Shown here: positions 1-13,200 of the stretch, piece after piece
Layout: each line of letters begins with the position of its first letter
Position numbering within the stretch: the first letter of the stretch is position 1
The notes under the pieces: generated by a model
The model's database searches: none
Seen by the model: the letters and a program-made list of their open reading frames with translations, nothing else
What the model was told of the DNA's origin: nothing
Assembly (NCBI GenBank): GCA_964016885.1
Contig: OZ024740.1
Span: 341,620,001 to 341,684,000 of the forward strand
Length of the DNA: 64,000 nucleotides
Direction: 5' to 3'
Origin: Eledone cirrhosa
Lineage: Eukaryota
Made by a program: the position numbers and the translations under genes

Positions 1-470
1 GCAAGTTTGATCTATTATAATCCATGCAATGACTCAGAGGCTGGCCCAATGCTGTTGATCACACAAATGCATGACATAGATAAAAAGAAAAAAGATAACA
101 TTCATATCCATTTCTACTCTCTTTAGTTTATGTCAATGTCCTTCTTCAGTCTTTGAAATATAATGACTGTGACTATCTAGTCAGTTAGCTGCAGTCAGAG
201 ATGGAAATTTGACAGAAATGGTTTATGTAAAGGAAACTGGAGAATCAGTAATAGTCTTAACATCCTGTGCTGTATGAAACTGCATTAACAAGACATTCTT
301 AACAAAAAGCAAACAAAAAACTACACTATGACTGCATCACATTGAAAATTTATGTATTTTCTGTAATGTTGCAAACTTTCATGAAGATTTGTCTAATAGT
401 AAAGATACTACAAGCATTTGAATTAACAAACCCACTTTTAGATATTTTCTATTAAATGATTACAGTATAT

Positions 471-1217
471 ATAAGTATGTATACGTACATACATATATGT
501 ATACAAACGTATATATATATACATACATGCACACATATATATATGTACGTATGGATTCACCGGCTTAATTCACGGCTTAATACGGGATGTTTGTTTACAA
601 AACACCGAGCATTATAATAAATGTTCGGTGAATCCATACGTACATATATATATGTGTGCATGTATGTATATATATATACATACTACTGTACGTCTGTATA
701 CATATATGTATGTACGTATACATACTTATATTTAAGTAACAGCCGTACTAAGAGTGGGAAATGAAATTTCCTTTTATTTTTTTCCGTTTTATCGTTTTCG
801 GTGCACCCGGCCGATTAACCCACTCGATATGCAAATTAGGCTGCTCAGCTGTTAATATGCATAAGAAAGTATATACTTTCAGATGTTCAATCATCTGGCA
901 GGAAGGTATACATTGCTGACGATAGCTAATAAGCTTGAAACTAGTACAGCGTTCCTTTGTCAGTGTTGAACAAACGAGCAACGATGGTTGCTGGACACTA
1001 CGGCTTAATACGGAATGTTTGTTTACAAACACACTGAGCATTATAATAAATGTTCGGTGAATCCATATGTACATATATATATGTGTGCATGTATGTATAT
1101 ATAAATATATACATACTACTGTACGTCTGTATACATATATGTATGTACGTATACATATTTATATTTAAGTAACAGCCGTACTAAGAGTGGGAAATGAAAT
1201 TTTGTTTCATTTTTTCC
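471..1217 (+). mobile_element. Penelope-pLTR/retrozyme-like insertion: inverted 5' segment plus partial tandem repeat with a hammerhead motif, flanked by a 13-bp direct repeat
   Basis: gattacagtatat occurs at 458-470 and 1218-1230. 471-562 is the reverse complement of ~626-730. 573-785 is repeated at 1001-1217 (offset 428). A hammerhead core lies at 911-951. Confidence 0.7.
911..951 (+). ncRNA. Minimal type I hammerhead ribozyme motif
   Basis: cattg-CTGACGA-t-agct-aata-agct-t-GAAA-CTAG-TA-cagcg. Helix II is agct/agct, helix III is palindromic ACTAGT, the cleavage triplet is GUA (944-946), and helix I is imperfect. Confidence 0.65.
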
Positions 1218-1467
1218 GATTACAGTATATTAAGAGTTAAACTAGTGTGTTTGTGTTGAACTCGATCAGTTTTGACAAGAGATGTTCCAGTTGTTTGAAC
1301 AATAGAACAGCCTGCTCATGAGAATGTGTAAGTGGCTGAGCATTCCACCGAAACATGCAACATTAATGTAGTTTTCAGGACCTCTATTGGCCATAATGAC
1401 AAGTGCTTCAGTTGATTGATCTATGGGACAAATTGGTTGTGAAATTAATAGACATGTGTATCCTTAA

Positions 1468-1675
1468 CCCATTAGCATTTAAACTGGCCATATCCGGCCA
1501 GAATTCTCTCATCTCTTTCTGTTCAAACCAGCCATGACCGGCCACTCATACTGACATTAAGGTATTGTTCTCAAAATAAATAATATCAAAATCTCATAGA
1601 TTCGATACTATGTGAGATAAAGTCTTTACCGTGAAAATACAATAGAATATATAGAGTAATGTAAATGCTAAAGGG
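1468..1675. mobile_element. piggyBac-type MITE nested in a SINE
   Basis: TTAA|CCCATTAGCATTTA...TAAATGCTAAAGGG|TTAA gives TIRs with a TTAA target duplication. It interrupts a SINE similar to the one at 32560-32820. Confidence 0.75.
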
Positions 1676-2425
1676 TTAACCTAATTCTCAGTGTGTGGCA
1701 TGTCTGGCACTTTGAATTACTGGTACAGGTCATTTTTACCAGCTGAGTGAACCAATGCAATGTGAAATAAAATGTCATGCACAGTTATTTCTGCTAAAAT
1801 AATTTTAGTAAATCTCTCAAAATACTTAATTAATTAATTGAAATATAGTTTATTTCAGTAGAAATATAGTCATGAAATAGCTAATCACAAGGGTATGCAC
1901 CAATATGAGGCTGGGCCTACGTGAAATTATTTCTCTGGGACATCAAGGAATTTGAAATGAAAATTAGTTACATTACAACACTGTGTCCATTAATGGTGCA
2001 GTTTAACTGACTTAACGACACAGTTTATACTCCCTGGTGTAACAGAATTACTGCAGGAAGAGGGAAGAGGAGAGTGGGAAGGGAATTAAAGAGGACAGAG
2101 AAGAAGAGGTAGAGAAGTGGGAAAAAGGAAAAAAATGAAAAAAATGATGGAAAAGGGGAGAGGGGAAAGTTTTAATTTTTTTTTTTTTTTTTGTTTTTGA
2201 CATGTTTGTTTATGTTAAAATTATTTCAGTTTGAGGAGAACAGTAAAGTATTTAAGAGATGAGAGATGTCATTTCGTTTCTCCTCTTTCCACAGCATTTT
2301 CACTCTGCAATGAGATAATGCACATTCTGTGTACTTTTGATGGCTTGGGGACAGTTGAAAAGTCATTAGAAAGTGTGGGAAGGAGTGGGTGGCTGAAGAA
2401 ACTATACATATGCAACTTTTGTTTG

Positions 2426-2438
<13 letters not shown>

Positions 2439-2498
<60 letters not shown>
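2439..2498. repeat. (GT)n microsatellite
   Basis: Direct observation. Confidence 0.95.
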
Positions 2499-2499
<1 letters not shown>

Positions 2500-2561
2500 G
2501 TAGTATAAGTTTGGCAGAAATATTCAAGAGTAAGACCATTCAGTCCATAGGACAAATTAAG

Positions 2562-2775
2562 TATAATTAATTACAACAGTGGCATATACAGGTACTTAAG
2601 TTTCATTGGGTTATATACCTCACCTCATTCAGTTTGTTATATAAAAAAGATGGCTACTCTCACTGTTAATTGGAGTGGGAGTAGCCATCTTTTTTATATA
2701 GCAGGTGGAATGAGTTGGGTTTATAACCCAACAAAACTTAAGTACGTGTATATGTCACTGTTGTAACTAATTATA
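2562..2775. mobile_element. Fold-back palindrome with a degenerate hammerhead motif in each arm
   Basis: The ~100-bp arms are reverse complements. Right arm: gaatgag-ttgggtt-tat-aacccaa-c-aaaac-TTAA-GTA. Left arm (minus): ctgaatgag...GAAAC-TTAA-GTA-cctgtata. Helix III palindrome is ACTTAAGT. Confidence 0.6.
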
Positions 2776-3241
2776 TATATATGTATGTACATCATCATCA
2801 TCACTGTTTAACATCCATTTTTCCACGCTAACATGGGTTAGATGAATTATTTCATTTTTTGAGGCAAGTCAGATCAGGTGAGTCTGTCTTGCTCATACAG
2901 AACTGTTTCTGGCTTGGTTTCTACAGCTGGATGTCCTTCCTAATGTCAACCACAAGTGCTAATTATATGCAAATTAATATGTCCATTTCAGAATAATACA
3001 AGCAAATGGGTATATATACCCATCAAATACATCCTTCCTTGTGGTTGATTGGATGATATACATGATTTTGTTCAATAAAATCTGAAAATCAATTAAAGAT
3101 GTTTATCATGTTTTCAATTTACAGGGAAATTCCTATTTTCTGGCATGTTTACATGTGAACAAATTAGATGTGTTCATATATATTTATACACTTTGGTGCA
3201 GTCTCAGTTACATACTCTGTATTTATACAGATTTAACTTTA

Positions 3242-3282
<41 letters not shown>

Positions 3283-3448
3283 TGTTTAACGTCCATCTTC
3301 CATGCTAGCATATATATATATATATATATACATATATAAACTTACACTAATATTATGCTACAAAAATACTACAATTAAAAACTTTCTTAGTAATAACAAA
3401 CCACAAGGATTTATAAGCTGTAACTGACCAATGTGATTTATATAAATG

Positions 3449-5252
3449 ATATAGAGGCATTAAATTAATCGACCAGGTCATGAAGGTCACAGAAAAAGTA
3501 ATAGCGCAACTAATAGAGAGAGAATTGACCTAGATGAAATGCAGTTCGGGTTTGTGTCAGGTAAAAGTACCACAGACGCTCTTTTCATTGTACGACAACT
3601 ACAGGAGAAGTACCTAGCTAAAAGTAAACCCCTATACTTAGCTTTTGTCGACTTGGAGAAAGCCTTCGACAGAGTCCCCCATTCCATTATCTAGTGGGTT
3701 CTTAGAAAACTAGGTGTTGATGAATGGCTTGTGAGAGCTATACAAGCCATGTATAAAGAAACAGTCAGCAAGGTTAGAATTAACAACAAATATAGTGAAG
3801 AGTTTAGCGTAAAAGTTGGTGTTCATCAGGGCTCCGTTCTTAGCCCCCTACTATTTATTATTGCCCTTCAGGCTATAACAGTGGAGTTCAAGACCGGCTG
3901 CCCATGGGAACTCCTATACGCAGATGATCTAACGCTCATAGCTGAATCAATGGCCGAACTAGAGAAGAAATTCCAAACATGGAAGCATGGCCTAGAAGCA
4001 AAAGGCCTTAAAATTAACCTGTCTAAGACTAAAGTTCTAGTTTGTAGGAAGGAAAATAGGGCGCCGGTCCCATCCGGGAAATGGCCATACTCAGTGTGTA
4101 GGAAAGGAGTAGGTAGAAACTCCATTTTATGTCCCAAATGCAAAGTATGGGTGCATAAAAGATGTAGTGGAATCACAGGTAAGCTAACTAAGAACATAGA
4201 TTTTATATGTGGCCGGTGCTCTGGTGCAATAAGTAGCAGCAAGTGCTCACAGAATACTAGCTCATTCCATTGCACAGATGGTTCTATAGAAATAGTGGAC
4301 AGCTTCCGTTACCTGGGTGACAAAATCAGCAGGGGGGGGGGGTGCTCTGAAAGTACAGTAGCTAGAGTCAGAACTGGATGGAAAAAGTTCAGAGAGCTTA
4401 TACCACTATTAGCCGCTAAAGGGTTCTCCCTAAAAATGAAAGGCAGGTTGTATGATGCCTGCATACGAACAGCAATGTTGCATAGCAGTGAGACCTGGGC
4501 ATTGTGTGGAGAGGATATACGCAGACTGGAGAGGAACGAAGCTTGCATGCTCCGCTGGATGTGTAATAGTAATATACGTGAACGGCAAAGCATAAATGAA
4601 CTAAGGGAAAAATTAGAAATAAGAGGGATCAGATGTTGTTTACTCGAGAGAAGACTACGTTGGTATGGTCACGTGATGCGCATGAAAGACGACAGCTGTA
4701 TAAAAAAGTGCAGGGCAATAAAAATAGACGGTAGCCACGGAGTAGGCAGACCCAGAAAAACCTGGGACAACTTGATAAATTCTGACCTCACACACTCTCC
4801 AAGACAATGTCACTGGACCGAGATCTTTGGCGCTACACAGTAATACAGAAATACAGAAGCCCCGCCTTACCTAAGTACAAAGTGAAACCTACTACAGTCA
4901 GTAGGCACCTCTAACAAAATACTCCCCCGTCCCACTACCCACACCCCATCCACACCACCCCTTTCAATGTAAAGTTATGTTGGTACCACAACATCCAGCC
5001 CGAAACAAATGAGGTCGTGTAGGTGTCACGACAAAAAAACACACAGTCCACGCTGTAATGTGGCCGTGTAGGTAACACGGTAAAAACCTCCCAGTTCACA
5101 CTGTAAACATGGTTGGTGTTAGGAAGGGCATCCAGCCATAGAAAACCCGCCAGACAGTCCTATGCGAGCAAGACAACCACTCTTGCCTCAGTGGGAAAAC
5201 TCCCGTCCAAACCCATGCAAGCGTGGAACATTGACGTTAAACGATGATGATG
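3449..5252 (+). mobile_element. 5'-truncated RTE-clade LINE (RT with embedded PHD-type finger), (GAT)n tail
   Basis: Translates YRGIKLIDQVMK, QFGF, FVDLEKAFD, GVHQGSVLSP, LLYADD, FRYLG and LRWYGHV. There is an in-frame stop near 3692. The 3' UTR ends ...gacgttaaacgatgatgatga. Confidence 0.92.
3731..4843 (+). pseudogene. RTE reverse transcriptase fragment with C4HC3 finger (first Cys mutated to Tyr)
   Basis: ORF track 370 aa with the YADD motif and YSVC..CPKC..H..C..CGRC. Confidence 0.88.
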
Positions 5253-5299
5253 ATTGCAAGTGTGAAAATTGTAAATTTCACAATTCCAACTGTTATATT

Positions 5300-5582
5300 G
5301 GCCCCACAGCTTAATGGTAAGGGTTTATGATCGCAGTTCTTGAGATTCGATTTCTGGACCAAGTGGCACATATTTTTGAGCAAAATATTTCACTCCACAT
5401 TGTACCAGTCTAATTAGCTGAAAATGATTACCGGCAATAGCAGATGAAGTTTAAATCTGTGACAGACTGACAGACTGGCATCTCATTCAGGAGAGAGTCT
5501 TGTCTTTTTAGTCACATAATGCCTATGGAACCAGGATAAGCTCTGGCCTGATAGGCCTCCAGTCTTGAGGCAGACTTTAACA
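5300..5582 (+). mobile_element. Degenerate tRNA-derived SINE
   Basis: Has a B-box-like gattcgatt and a ttgagcaa core, and resembles 41034-41301. Confidence 0.5.
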
Positions 5583-5629
5583 TTTAAAAAAATAAATACA
5601 ACACTCTCCCACCAGCTCACCATGCTTAC

Positions 5630-6040
5630 AAAATGGAACAATTGCAATGCACTACATGCATCACACAACACAAAACTGAACTAAATAGGAAAACATTAAT
5701 GGACAACACATCTATACTCCACAAAAATGATGCCCACAAAAATGATGATTAATGATGGAAGCAATACTCATAATACAGTACATTGTTAAAATAAACATAG
5801 ACATCTTATACTGTCCACAAACAAAAATAAACACCTGACTGATGATATATAAATCTAAGGCTCAAAAAATCAATCTCTTGCAGTAGTGTCAACAACAATC
5901 ACAATCCTTCTACCTACCAAAAAGTGGTAGCAACACACCAACATCCCGTCACCCTGAAGATGAAACTTTGAAGGTCTAAAAATATTGAAAAAATGCCTGA
6001 TAAAAAAAGAGAAAAACTAGAACAGAGTTGTGTTTTCAAT
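5630..6040 (+). mobile_element. Possible decayed Penelope-like 3' end (GIY-YIG C-terminus remnant and CTGAAGA motif)
   Basis: Fragments translate LMDNTSILH and LMMEAILII, resembling PLE endonuclease C-termini. ccCTGAAGAtg occurs at ~5953. Confidence 0.3.
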
Positions 6041-6173
6041 TTATACACATAAAGAGAGAGAGAGAGGATACAGAAATGGTGGGTGAGATGACAGAGGGGT
6101 AGAGAAGTTTTTGAAGAATTTCTCTCAACTTGATTCTTTTAGTGTCAATGAATGATTGACATTATTGTGTTAC

Positions 6174-6364
6174 ATGGCAGTGGATTGGCAGTATCGGTAG
6201 AGGGTCGGACGCCATGCTTTCCAGCATAGTTACGTCCCTTTACGATCTGAGTTCAAATCCCGCCGAGGTTGACTTTGCCTTTCATCCTTACGGGGTCGAT
6301 AAAATAAAGTACCAGTAATGCACTGGGTAATTGCTGGCCTTGTGCCTAAAGTAGAAACAATTAT
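6174..6364 (+). mobile_element. tRNA-derived SINE with Meta/MESC-type core
   Basis: B box gagttcaaatccc followed by gactttgcctttcatccttacggggtcgataaaataaagtaccag. Near-identical copies lie at 33073-33256 (-) and 37389-37576 (+). Confidence 0.8.
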
Positions 6365-6391
6365 TGTGTTATATTACATACTACAGGAGAG

Positions 6392-6790
6392 ATGATGGTG
6401 GTGGCGGTGGTGGTGGTGGTGTTAGTTATGTTGGTTGTGGTGGTGGTTATGGTGTTAGTGATGGTGGTGATGACTGTTAGTTATGTTGGTTGTGGTGGTG
6501 GTGGTGGTGTTAGTTTTGGTTAAGGTGTAGTGGTGGTGGTTTTGGCGGTGGTAGAGTTGGTGAAGGTAGTAGTGGTGATGGTGATAGTTATGGTGGTGGT
6601 AGAGTTTGTTAAGGTGATAGTAGTGGTGTTAGTTATGATGGTAGTGGTTTTGGTAGTGGTAGGGTTGGTTAAGGTAGTGATGGTGGTGGTGGTGGTGTTA
6701 GTTTTGGTAGTGGTAGAGTTGGTGGTGTTAGTTATAGTGGTGATAGTTATGGTGGTGGTAGAGTTGGTGAAGGTGGTAGTGGTGGTGATG
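6392..6790. repeat. GGT/GAT-rich low-complexity trinucleotide tract
   Basis: Degenerate (GGT)n. The poly-Val ORF is an artefact. Confidence 0.9.
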
Positions 6791-7102
6791 TCAGAAACAG
6801 ACTGATATGTAACTAGAGAGGAGTGAAAGGTGGCAGAGGGCGGATGGCAGGGTGGAGAACAACAAAGATAAGGCCTGGTAGGAGTATGGAAGGAGAAAGT
6901 GGAACATGTTGAAGAAGAGAGGGTAATAGAGGTGAGAAGAGGGAAAAATAGTACACTGTGTGTGTGTGTGAGAGAGAGGGTGTGAGAGAGTAGAGAAGGC
7001 TTAGTGGTATGTTACTCCAGACCATCAGAATCTCCTATTGTTTCCACAATCTCTAATTAAACAGATGATTTAGAGTTGTTTAGAGAATAAATTACTCTGA
7101 GA

Positions 7103-7137
<35 letters not shown>

Positions 7138-7239
7138 TTGTCGTCGTCGTCGTCGTCGTCATCATCATCATCATCATCATCATAATCACATCATCATCAT
7201 CATCGTAGTTGTCGTAGTCATAGTTATCATTATCATCAT

Positions 7240-7830
7240 CGTCATCATTTTTGTATGTCTACTTTCCACACTACCATGGGTTGGAGAGATTGACACATTC
7301 TGAGGCTAAACCATCAGATGACCACATTTTGCTCATATGTTCCATATTTGGCATAATTTCTTGTATAGATTGGCTGTCTTTTCTCCAAAACAGGTCTCCT
7401 CTTGCCATTTGTGGTATTACTTTGTCCTCTCCTTTGTGAGGTTCAGTATCCTGAGAACAGCTTTCACCACCTCTACTCACATCTTCTTCGGTCTTATTCT
7501 TTCACAGTGGCTTCCTTCTACTTTGAACTCTTGGCACTTCTTTATTCAGTTATCATCATAATACGCATTACATGTTTGTACCAGTGCAGTTTTCTCCCAA
7601 CTCATCTGTGCTTCGTTGTTCATGCACACTAACATTACATACCAAACAGAGCATGTTCTGTTTCTTTGCAGCTTCACACATCCTCAGCATTCAATGTCCT
7701 CGGCTTGTTATCATGCACCATTGTACTATACATGCGTTATCTAATTCACCTTTTGTTCAGAGAGAACATCCTTTTATTGCCCTTAGAGATAAAAGCTCTC
7801 TGAACATTTTCCACTCTCTTCGTATTCTAA
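7240..7830 (-). mobile_element. Degenerate RTE LINE 3' fragment
   Basis: A (CAT)n tail plus ttccacactaccatggg terminus, with sequence similar to the RTE C-terminal coding region. Confidence 0.55.
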
Positions 7831-8060
7831 ATATTGTTTTTAAAACACCTTGTACACAGTGTATCTGGTACTACATTTTCTAATGCATCTTTACATTTTT
7901 AAGACACTAGATTGTGATTTGAGGGAGATTGCGTTGCTATTTCTACTAGGTATAAAGGCTCCTTCATTGGCTCATATACACTCCAATTGTTTCCATTGAT
8001 CATTAGATATTTCTTAGGTTCCTTTCCTTAACAAACTTAGTTGTTGTTGCTATTGTTTAA

Positions 8061-8269
8061 CCCTTTACTCTATATATACTATTATATTTTCATGGTATAA
8101 GCTTTATCTTACATAATTATCTCACATAATATTGAATCTATGTGATTTTGATATTATTTATTTTGAGAACAATACCTTAACATAAGTATGAGCTGCCAGT
8201 TATGGCCAGTTTGAACAGAAAGAGGTGAGAGAATTCTGGCCGGAAATGGCTGGTTTAAATGCTAAAGGG
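8061..8269. mobile_element. piggyBac-type MITE (same family as 1468-1675, opposite orientation)
   Basis: TTAA|CCCTTTA...TAAATGCTAAAGGG|TTAA. The interior matches 1468-1675 and 62645-62810. Confidence 0.72.
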
Positions 8270-9428
8270 TTAACTTCAACTCAGTCCTGATTGAGCAGAC
8301 CTTTGATCAAAGGTAATCTAACCATGACATTCTGCTTTTTTTACATATCTAACAATACAATATTTAATGTCTCCTACCATTTTCATACACCTGTTTTCAC
8401 TTGTAAGCCATGTTAATTTACACCTGTGATCCACCTTCACTGATAACCACTACAATATTTGCTGATCTGTTACTCCTGTTTTTACTTGTTATCCACTTTT
8501 GTTTTTATTAATAATTTACTCTTGATTTTAATGGCTACCCGACTTCTATTTTCACTAAGGATACACCTCTAATTTAGCTGAGGATACACTCCCATTTTTA
8601 TTGGTGAGTCACTCACATATATGTTTATTCAATAAATACTGTGAACTTGTGATTCCAAGCTAACTTGTTTTTAGAAAAGCATTTTGTCTGTTAAATATAT
8701 ATACATCTCTAATCTTTTATCCACACAGCAGAGCGAACAGCCTAATTCCCTTCCAACAACAAGTCTTTTATTTGTCTTCTGTAGTCCTCCATTTTCATTT
8801 TAGTGTAATTTATCAGTTATCTTTTATAACAACAACAACAAACCCGCTAACTTTCCATATCTGCGAAAAATGATAATATATAATTTTTTTTTTTTTCCTG
8901 TGAAGAATTTTTCTGAAGAATTTTTCTGTCACCACCTCTCAGGGAATCTAGTACTGTTAATAACCATTGCTGTCTGCCAGTCAAGTTATTTCATTGTATT
9001 TAAAAAGCTTTACAGTGTTTCACACAGCTTTTGATTTTTTTTTTTTTTTTTAGTATTTAAAAGAAATCAACTTAAAGGTTTAGGATTGGGTGTGTGGTAA
9101 AGAAACTTGCTTTATAGCCATGTGGCTTTCTTAGCTCCTATCCCACTGAGTGGAACCTATTGAGTGAATTTGGTAGAAAGAAACTTTAACGAACCCCATC
9201 CATCATATATACCACCATCAGCATTATTATCAGTTTTAAGTTCAGGTGGTGGTGGTGGTGGGGGGGGGGGGGGTGATGGTGATGATGATGATGAAGGGGA
9301 TATAATTGCTAGATTTGGGTACTGAAGTGCACTAAACATGCAATGAATAAAGGACTCAATACTAATTGTAGAGTCAAAACTATATTTCTCTATGGTGATT
9401 TTATTTAGAAGATTTTCAAAATATTCTG

Positions 9429-10227
9429 TTGGTGGTGGTTGCTGGTTATGATGATGATGGAGATGGTGATGTTGGTGGTTATGATGGTAATGATTGTTCT
9501 AATAGTAATGGTAGTGATGACTGTGGTTGTTGTATTGATGATGATGATGATGCTGATGGGGATGGTAATAGTATTGAAATTGATAATGGTGTGATGGAAA
9601 TGATAGTGACAGTGATGGTGAGTGATGGTGGTGGTGCTGGTGAAGATGGTGATAGTGATGATGGTGATGATGGTGATGATGATATAGGTAATGATGGTAA
9701 TGTGATACTGAAGATTGTAGCAGTGATGATGCTGATGGTGAAGATGGTAGCAGTGATGATGGGAATAGTGATGAGGGTTATGGTGTTGGTGATATGATGA
9801 AAGTGGTGATGATAATGATAGTGATAGTGATGGTGATGGTAAAAATAGTAGTGATAATGGCTATGGTGATGGTGATAGTGATAGTGATGATGAAGATGAT
9901 GGTGGTGATGATGGTGATGATGATATAGGTGATGATGGTAATGTTGATGGTGATGATAGTGATGATGATGGTAAAAATAGTAGTGATAATGGTAATGGTG
10001 ATGCTAATAGTGATAGTGATGATGAAGATGATGGTGGTGGTGATGGAGATGATGATATAGGTGAGGATGATGATGATGATATAGGTGAAGATCGTGATGT
10101 TGATGGTGAAGATGGTAGTGGGGATGATGATGATGATATAGGTGAAGATCGTGATGTTGATGGTGAAGATGGTAGTGGGGATGATAGTGATGATGATGGT
10201 AAAAATAGTAGTGATAATGGTAATAGT
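9429..10227. repeat. GAT/GGT low-complexity tract with internal duplications
   Basis: Degenerate (GAT)n. The poly-Asp and poly-His ORFs are artefacts. Confidence 0.9.
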
Positions 10228-13200
10228 GATGTTGATGGTGATAGTGATGATGCCTATTGTTGTCTAGTCTAACAACCACCGATGTTGATGGTGATAGTGA
10301 TGATGCCTATTGCTGTCTAGTCTAACAGCCACCGATGTTGATGGTGATAGTGATGATGCCTATTGCTGTCTAGTCTAACAGCCACTGGTGTTGATGGTGA
10401 TAGTGATGATGCCTATTGCTGTCTAGTCTAACAGCCACAGGTGTTGATGGTGATAGTGATGATGCCTATTGTTGTCTAGTCTAACAGCCACAGGTGTTGA
10501 TGGTGATAGTGATGATGCCTATTGTTGTCTAGTCTAACAGCCACTGGTGTTGATGGTGATAGTGATGATGCCTATTGCTGTCTAGTCTAACAGCCACCGA
10601 TGTTGATGGTGATAGTGATGATGCCTATTGCTGTCTAGTCTAACAGCCACTGGTGTTGATGGTGATAGTGATGATGCCTATTGTTGTCTAGTCTAACAGC
10701 CACAGGTGTTGATGGTGATAGTGATGATGCCTATTGTTGTCTAGTCTAACAGCCACAGGTGTTGATGGTGATAGTGATGATGCCTATTGCTGTCTAGTCT
10801 AACAGCCACAGGTGTTGATGGTGATAGTGATGATGCCTATTGTTGTCTAGTCTAACAGCCACAGGTGTTGATGGTGATAGTGATGATGCCTATTGCTGTC
10901 TAGTCTAACAGCCACTGGTGTTGATGGTGATAGTGATGATGCCTATTGCTGTCTAGTCTAACAGCCACAGGTGTTGATGGTGATAGTGATGATGCCTATT
11001 GTTGTCTAGTCTAACAGCCACAGGTGTTGATGGTGATAGTGATGATGCCTATTGTTGTCTAGTCTAACAGCCACCGATGTTGATGGTGATAGTGATGATG
11101 CCTATTGCTGTCTAGTCTAACAGCCACAGGTGTTGATGGTGATAGTGATGATGCCTATTGTTGTCTAGTCTAACAGCCACCGATGTTGATGGTGATAGTG
11201 ATGATGCATATTGCTGTCTAGTCTAACAGCCACAGGTGTTGATGGTGATAGTGATGATGCCTATTGTTGTCTAGTCTAACAGCCACAGGTGTTGATGGTG
11301 ATAGTGATGATGCCTATTGTTGTCTAGTCTAACAGCCACAGGTGTTGATGGTGATAGTGATGATGCCTATTGTTGTCTAGTCTAACAGCCACTGGTGTTG
11401 ATGGTGATAGTGATGATGCCTATTGCTGTCTAGTCTAACAGCCACCGATGTTGATGGTGATAGTGATGATGCCTATTGTTGTCTAGTCTAACAGCCACTG
11501 GTGTTGATGGTGATAGTGATGATGCCTATTGTTGTCTAGTCTAACAGCCACTGGTGTTGATGGTGATAGTGATGATGCCTATTGCTGTCTAGTCTAACAG
11601 CCACTGGTGTTGATGGTGATAGTGATGATGCCTATTGTTGTCTAGTCTAACAGCCACTGGTGTTGATGGTGATAGTGATGATGCCTATTGCTGTCTAGTC
11701 TAACAGCCACTGGTGTTGATGGTGATAGTGATGATGCCTATTGTTGTCTAGTCTAACAGCCACTGGTGTTGATGGTGATAGTGATGATGCCTATTGTTGT
11801 CTAGTCTAACAGCCACTGGTGTTGATGGTGATAGTGATGATGCCTATTGTTGTCTAGTCTAACAGCCACTGGTGTTGATGGTGATAGTGATGATGCCTAT
11901 TGCTGTCTAGTCTAACAGCCACTGGTGTTGATGGTGATAGTGATGATGCCTATTGTTGTCTAGTCTAACAGCCACAGGTGTTGATGGTGATAGTGATGAT
12001 GCCTATTGCTGTCTAGTCTAACAGCCACAGGTGTTGATGGTGATAGTGATGATGCCTATTGTTGTCTAGTCTAACAGCCACCGGTGTTGATGGTGATAGT
12101 GATGATGCCTATTGTCGTCTAGTCTAACAGCCACTGGTGTTGATGGTGATAGTGATGATGCCTATTGCTGTCTAGTCTAACAGCCACAGGTGTTGATGGT
12201 GATAGTGATGATGCCTATTGCTGTCTAGTCTAACAGCCACAGGTGTTGATGGTGATAGTGATGATGCCTATTGCTGTCTAGTCTAACAGCCACCGGTGTT
12301 GATGGTGATAGTGATGATGCCTATTGTTGTCTAGTCTAACAGCCACTGGTGTTGATGGTGATAGTGATGATGCCTATTGTTGTCTAGTCTAACAGCCACT
12401 GGTGTTGATGGTGATAGTGATGATGCCTATTGCTGTCTAGTCTAACAGCCACTGGTGTTGATGGTGATAGTGATGATGCCTATTGTTGTCTAGTCTAACA
12501 GCCACTGGTGTTGATGGTGATAGTGATGATGCCTATTGCTGTCTAGTCTAACAGCCACCGATGTTGATGGTGATAGTGATGATGCCTATTGCTGTCTAGT
12601 CTAACAGCCACCGATGTTGATGGTGATAGTGATGATGCCTATTGCTGTCTAGTCTAACAGCCACCGGTGTTGATGGTGATAGTGATGATGCCTATTGCTG
12701 TCTAGTCTAACAGCCACTGGTGTTGATGGTGATAGTGATGATGCCTATTGCTGTCTAGTCTAACAGCCACCGATGTTGATGGTGATAGTGATGATGCCTA
12801 TTGTTGTCTAGTCTAACAGCCACCAGTGTTGATGGTGATAGTGATGATGCCTATTGTTGTCTAGTCTAACAGCCACTGGTGTTGATGGTGATAGTGATGA
12901 TGCCTATTGCTGTCTAGTCTAACAGCCACCGATGTTGATGGTGATAGTGATGATGCCTATTGTTGTCTAGTCTAACAGCCACCAGTGTTGATGGTGATAG
13001 TGATGATGCCTATTGTTGTCTAGTCTAACAGCCACTGGTGTTGATGGTGATAGTGATGATGCCTATTGCTGTCTAGTCTAACAGCCACCGATGTTGATGG
13101 TGATAGTGATGATGCCTATTGTTGCCTAGTCTAACAGCCACCAGTGTTGATGGTGATAGTGATGATGCCTATTGTTGTCTAGTCTAACAGCCACTGGTGT

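Noticed and set aside
3868-4593. Recurrent antisense ORFs (MLCxSRILLLHIQRS..., also 21262, 27320, 35159, 35483)
   Set aside because: They are shadows of the RTE coding strand and recur only because the element is repeated.
8380-8670. Possible solo LTR (aataaa-containing segment)
   Set aside because: I found no clear TG..CA termini, target duplication or second copy.
6530-10279. Poly-Val, poly-Asp and poly-His ORFs
   Set aside because: These are translations of trinucleotide low-complexity DNA with no splice or domain support.
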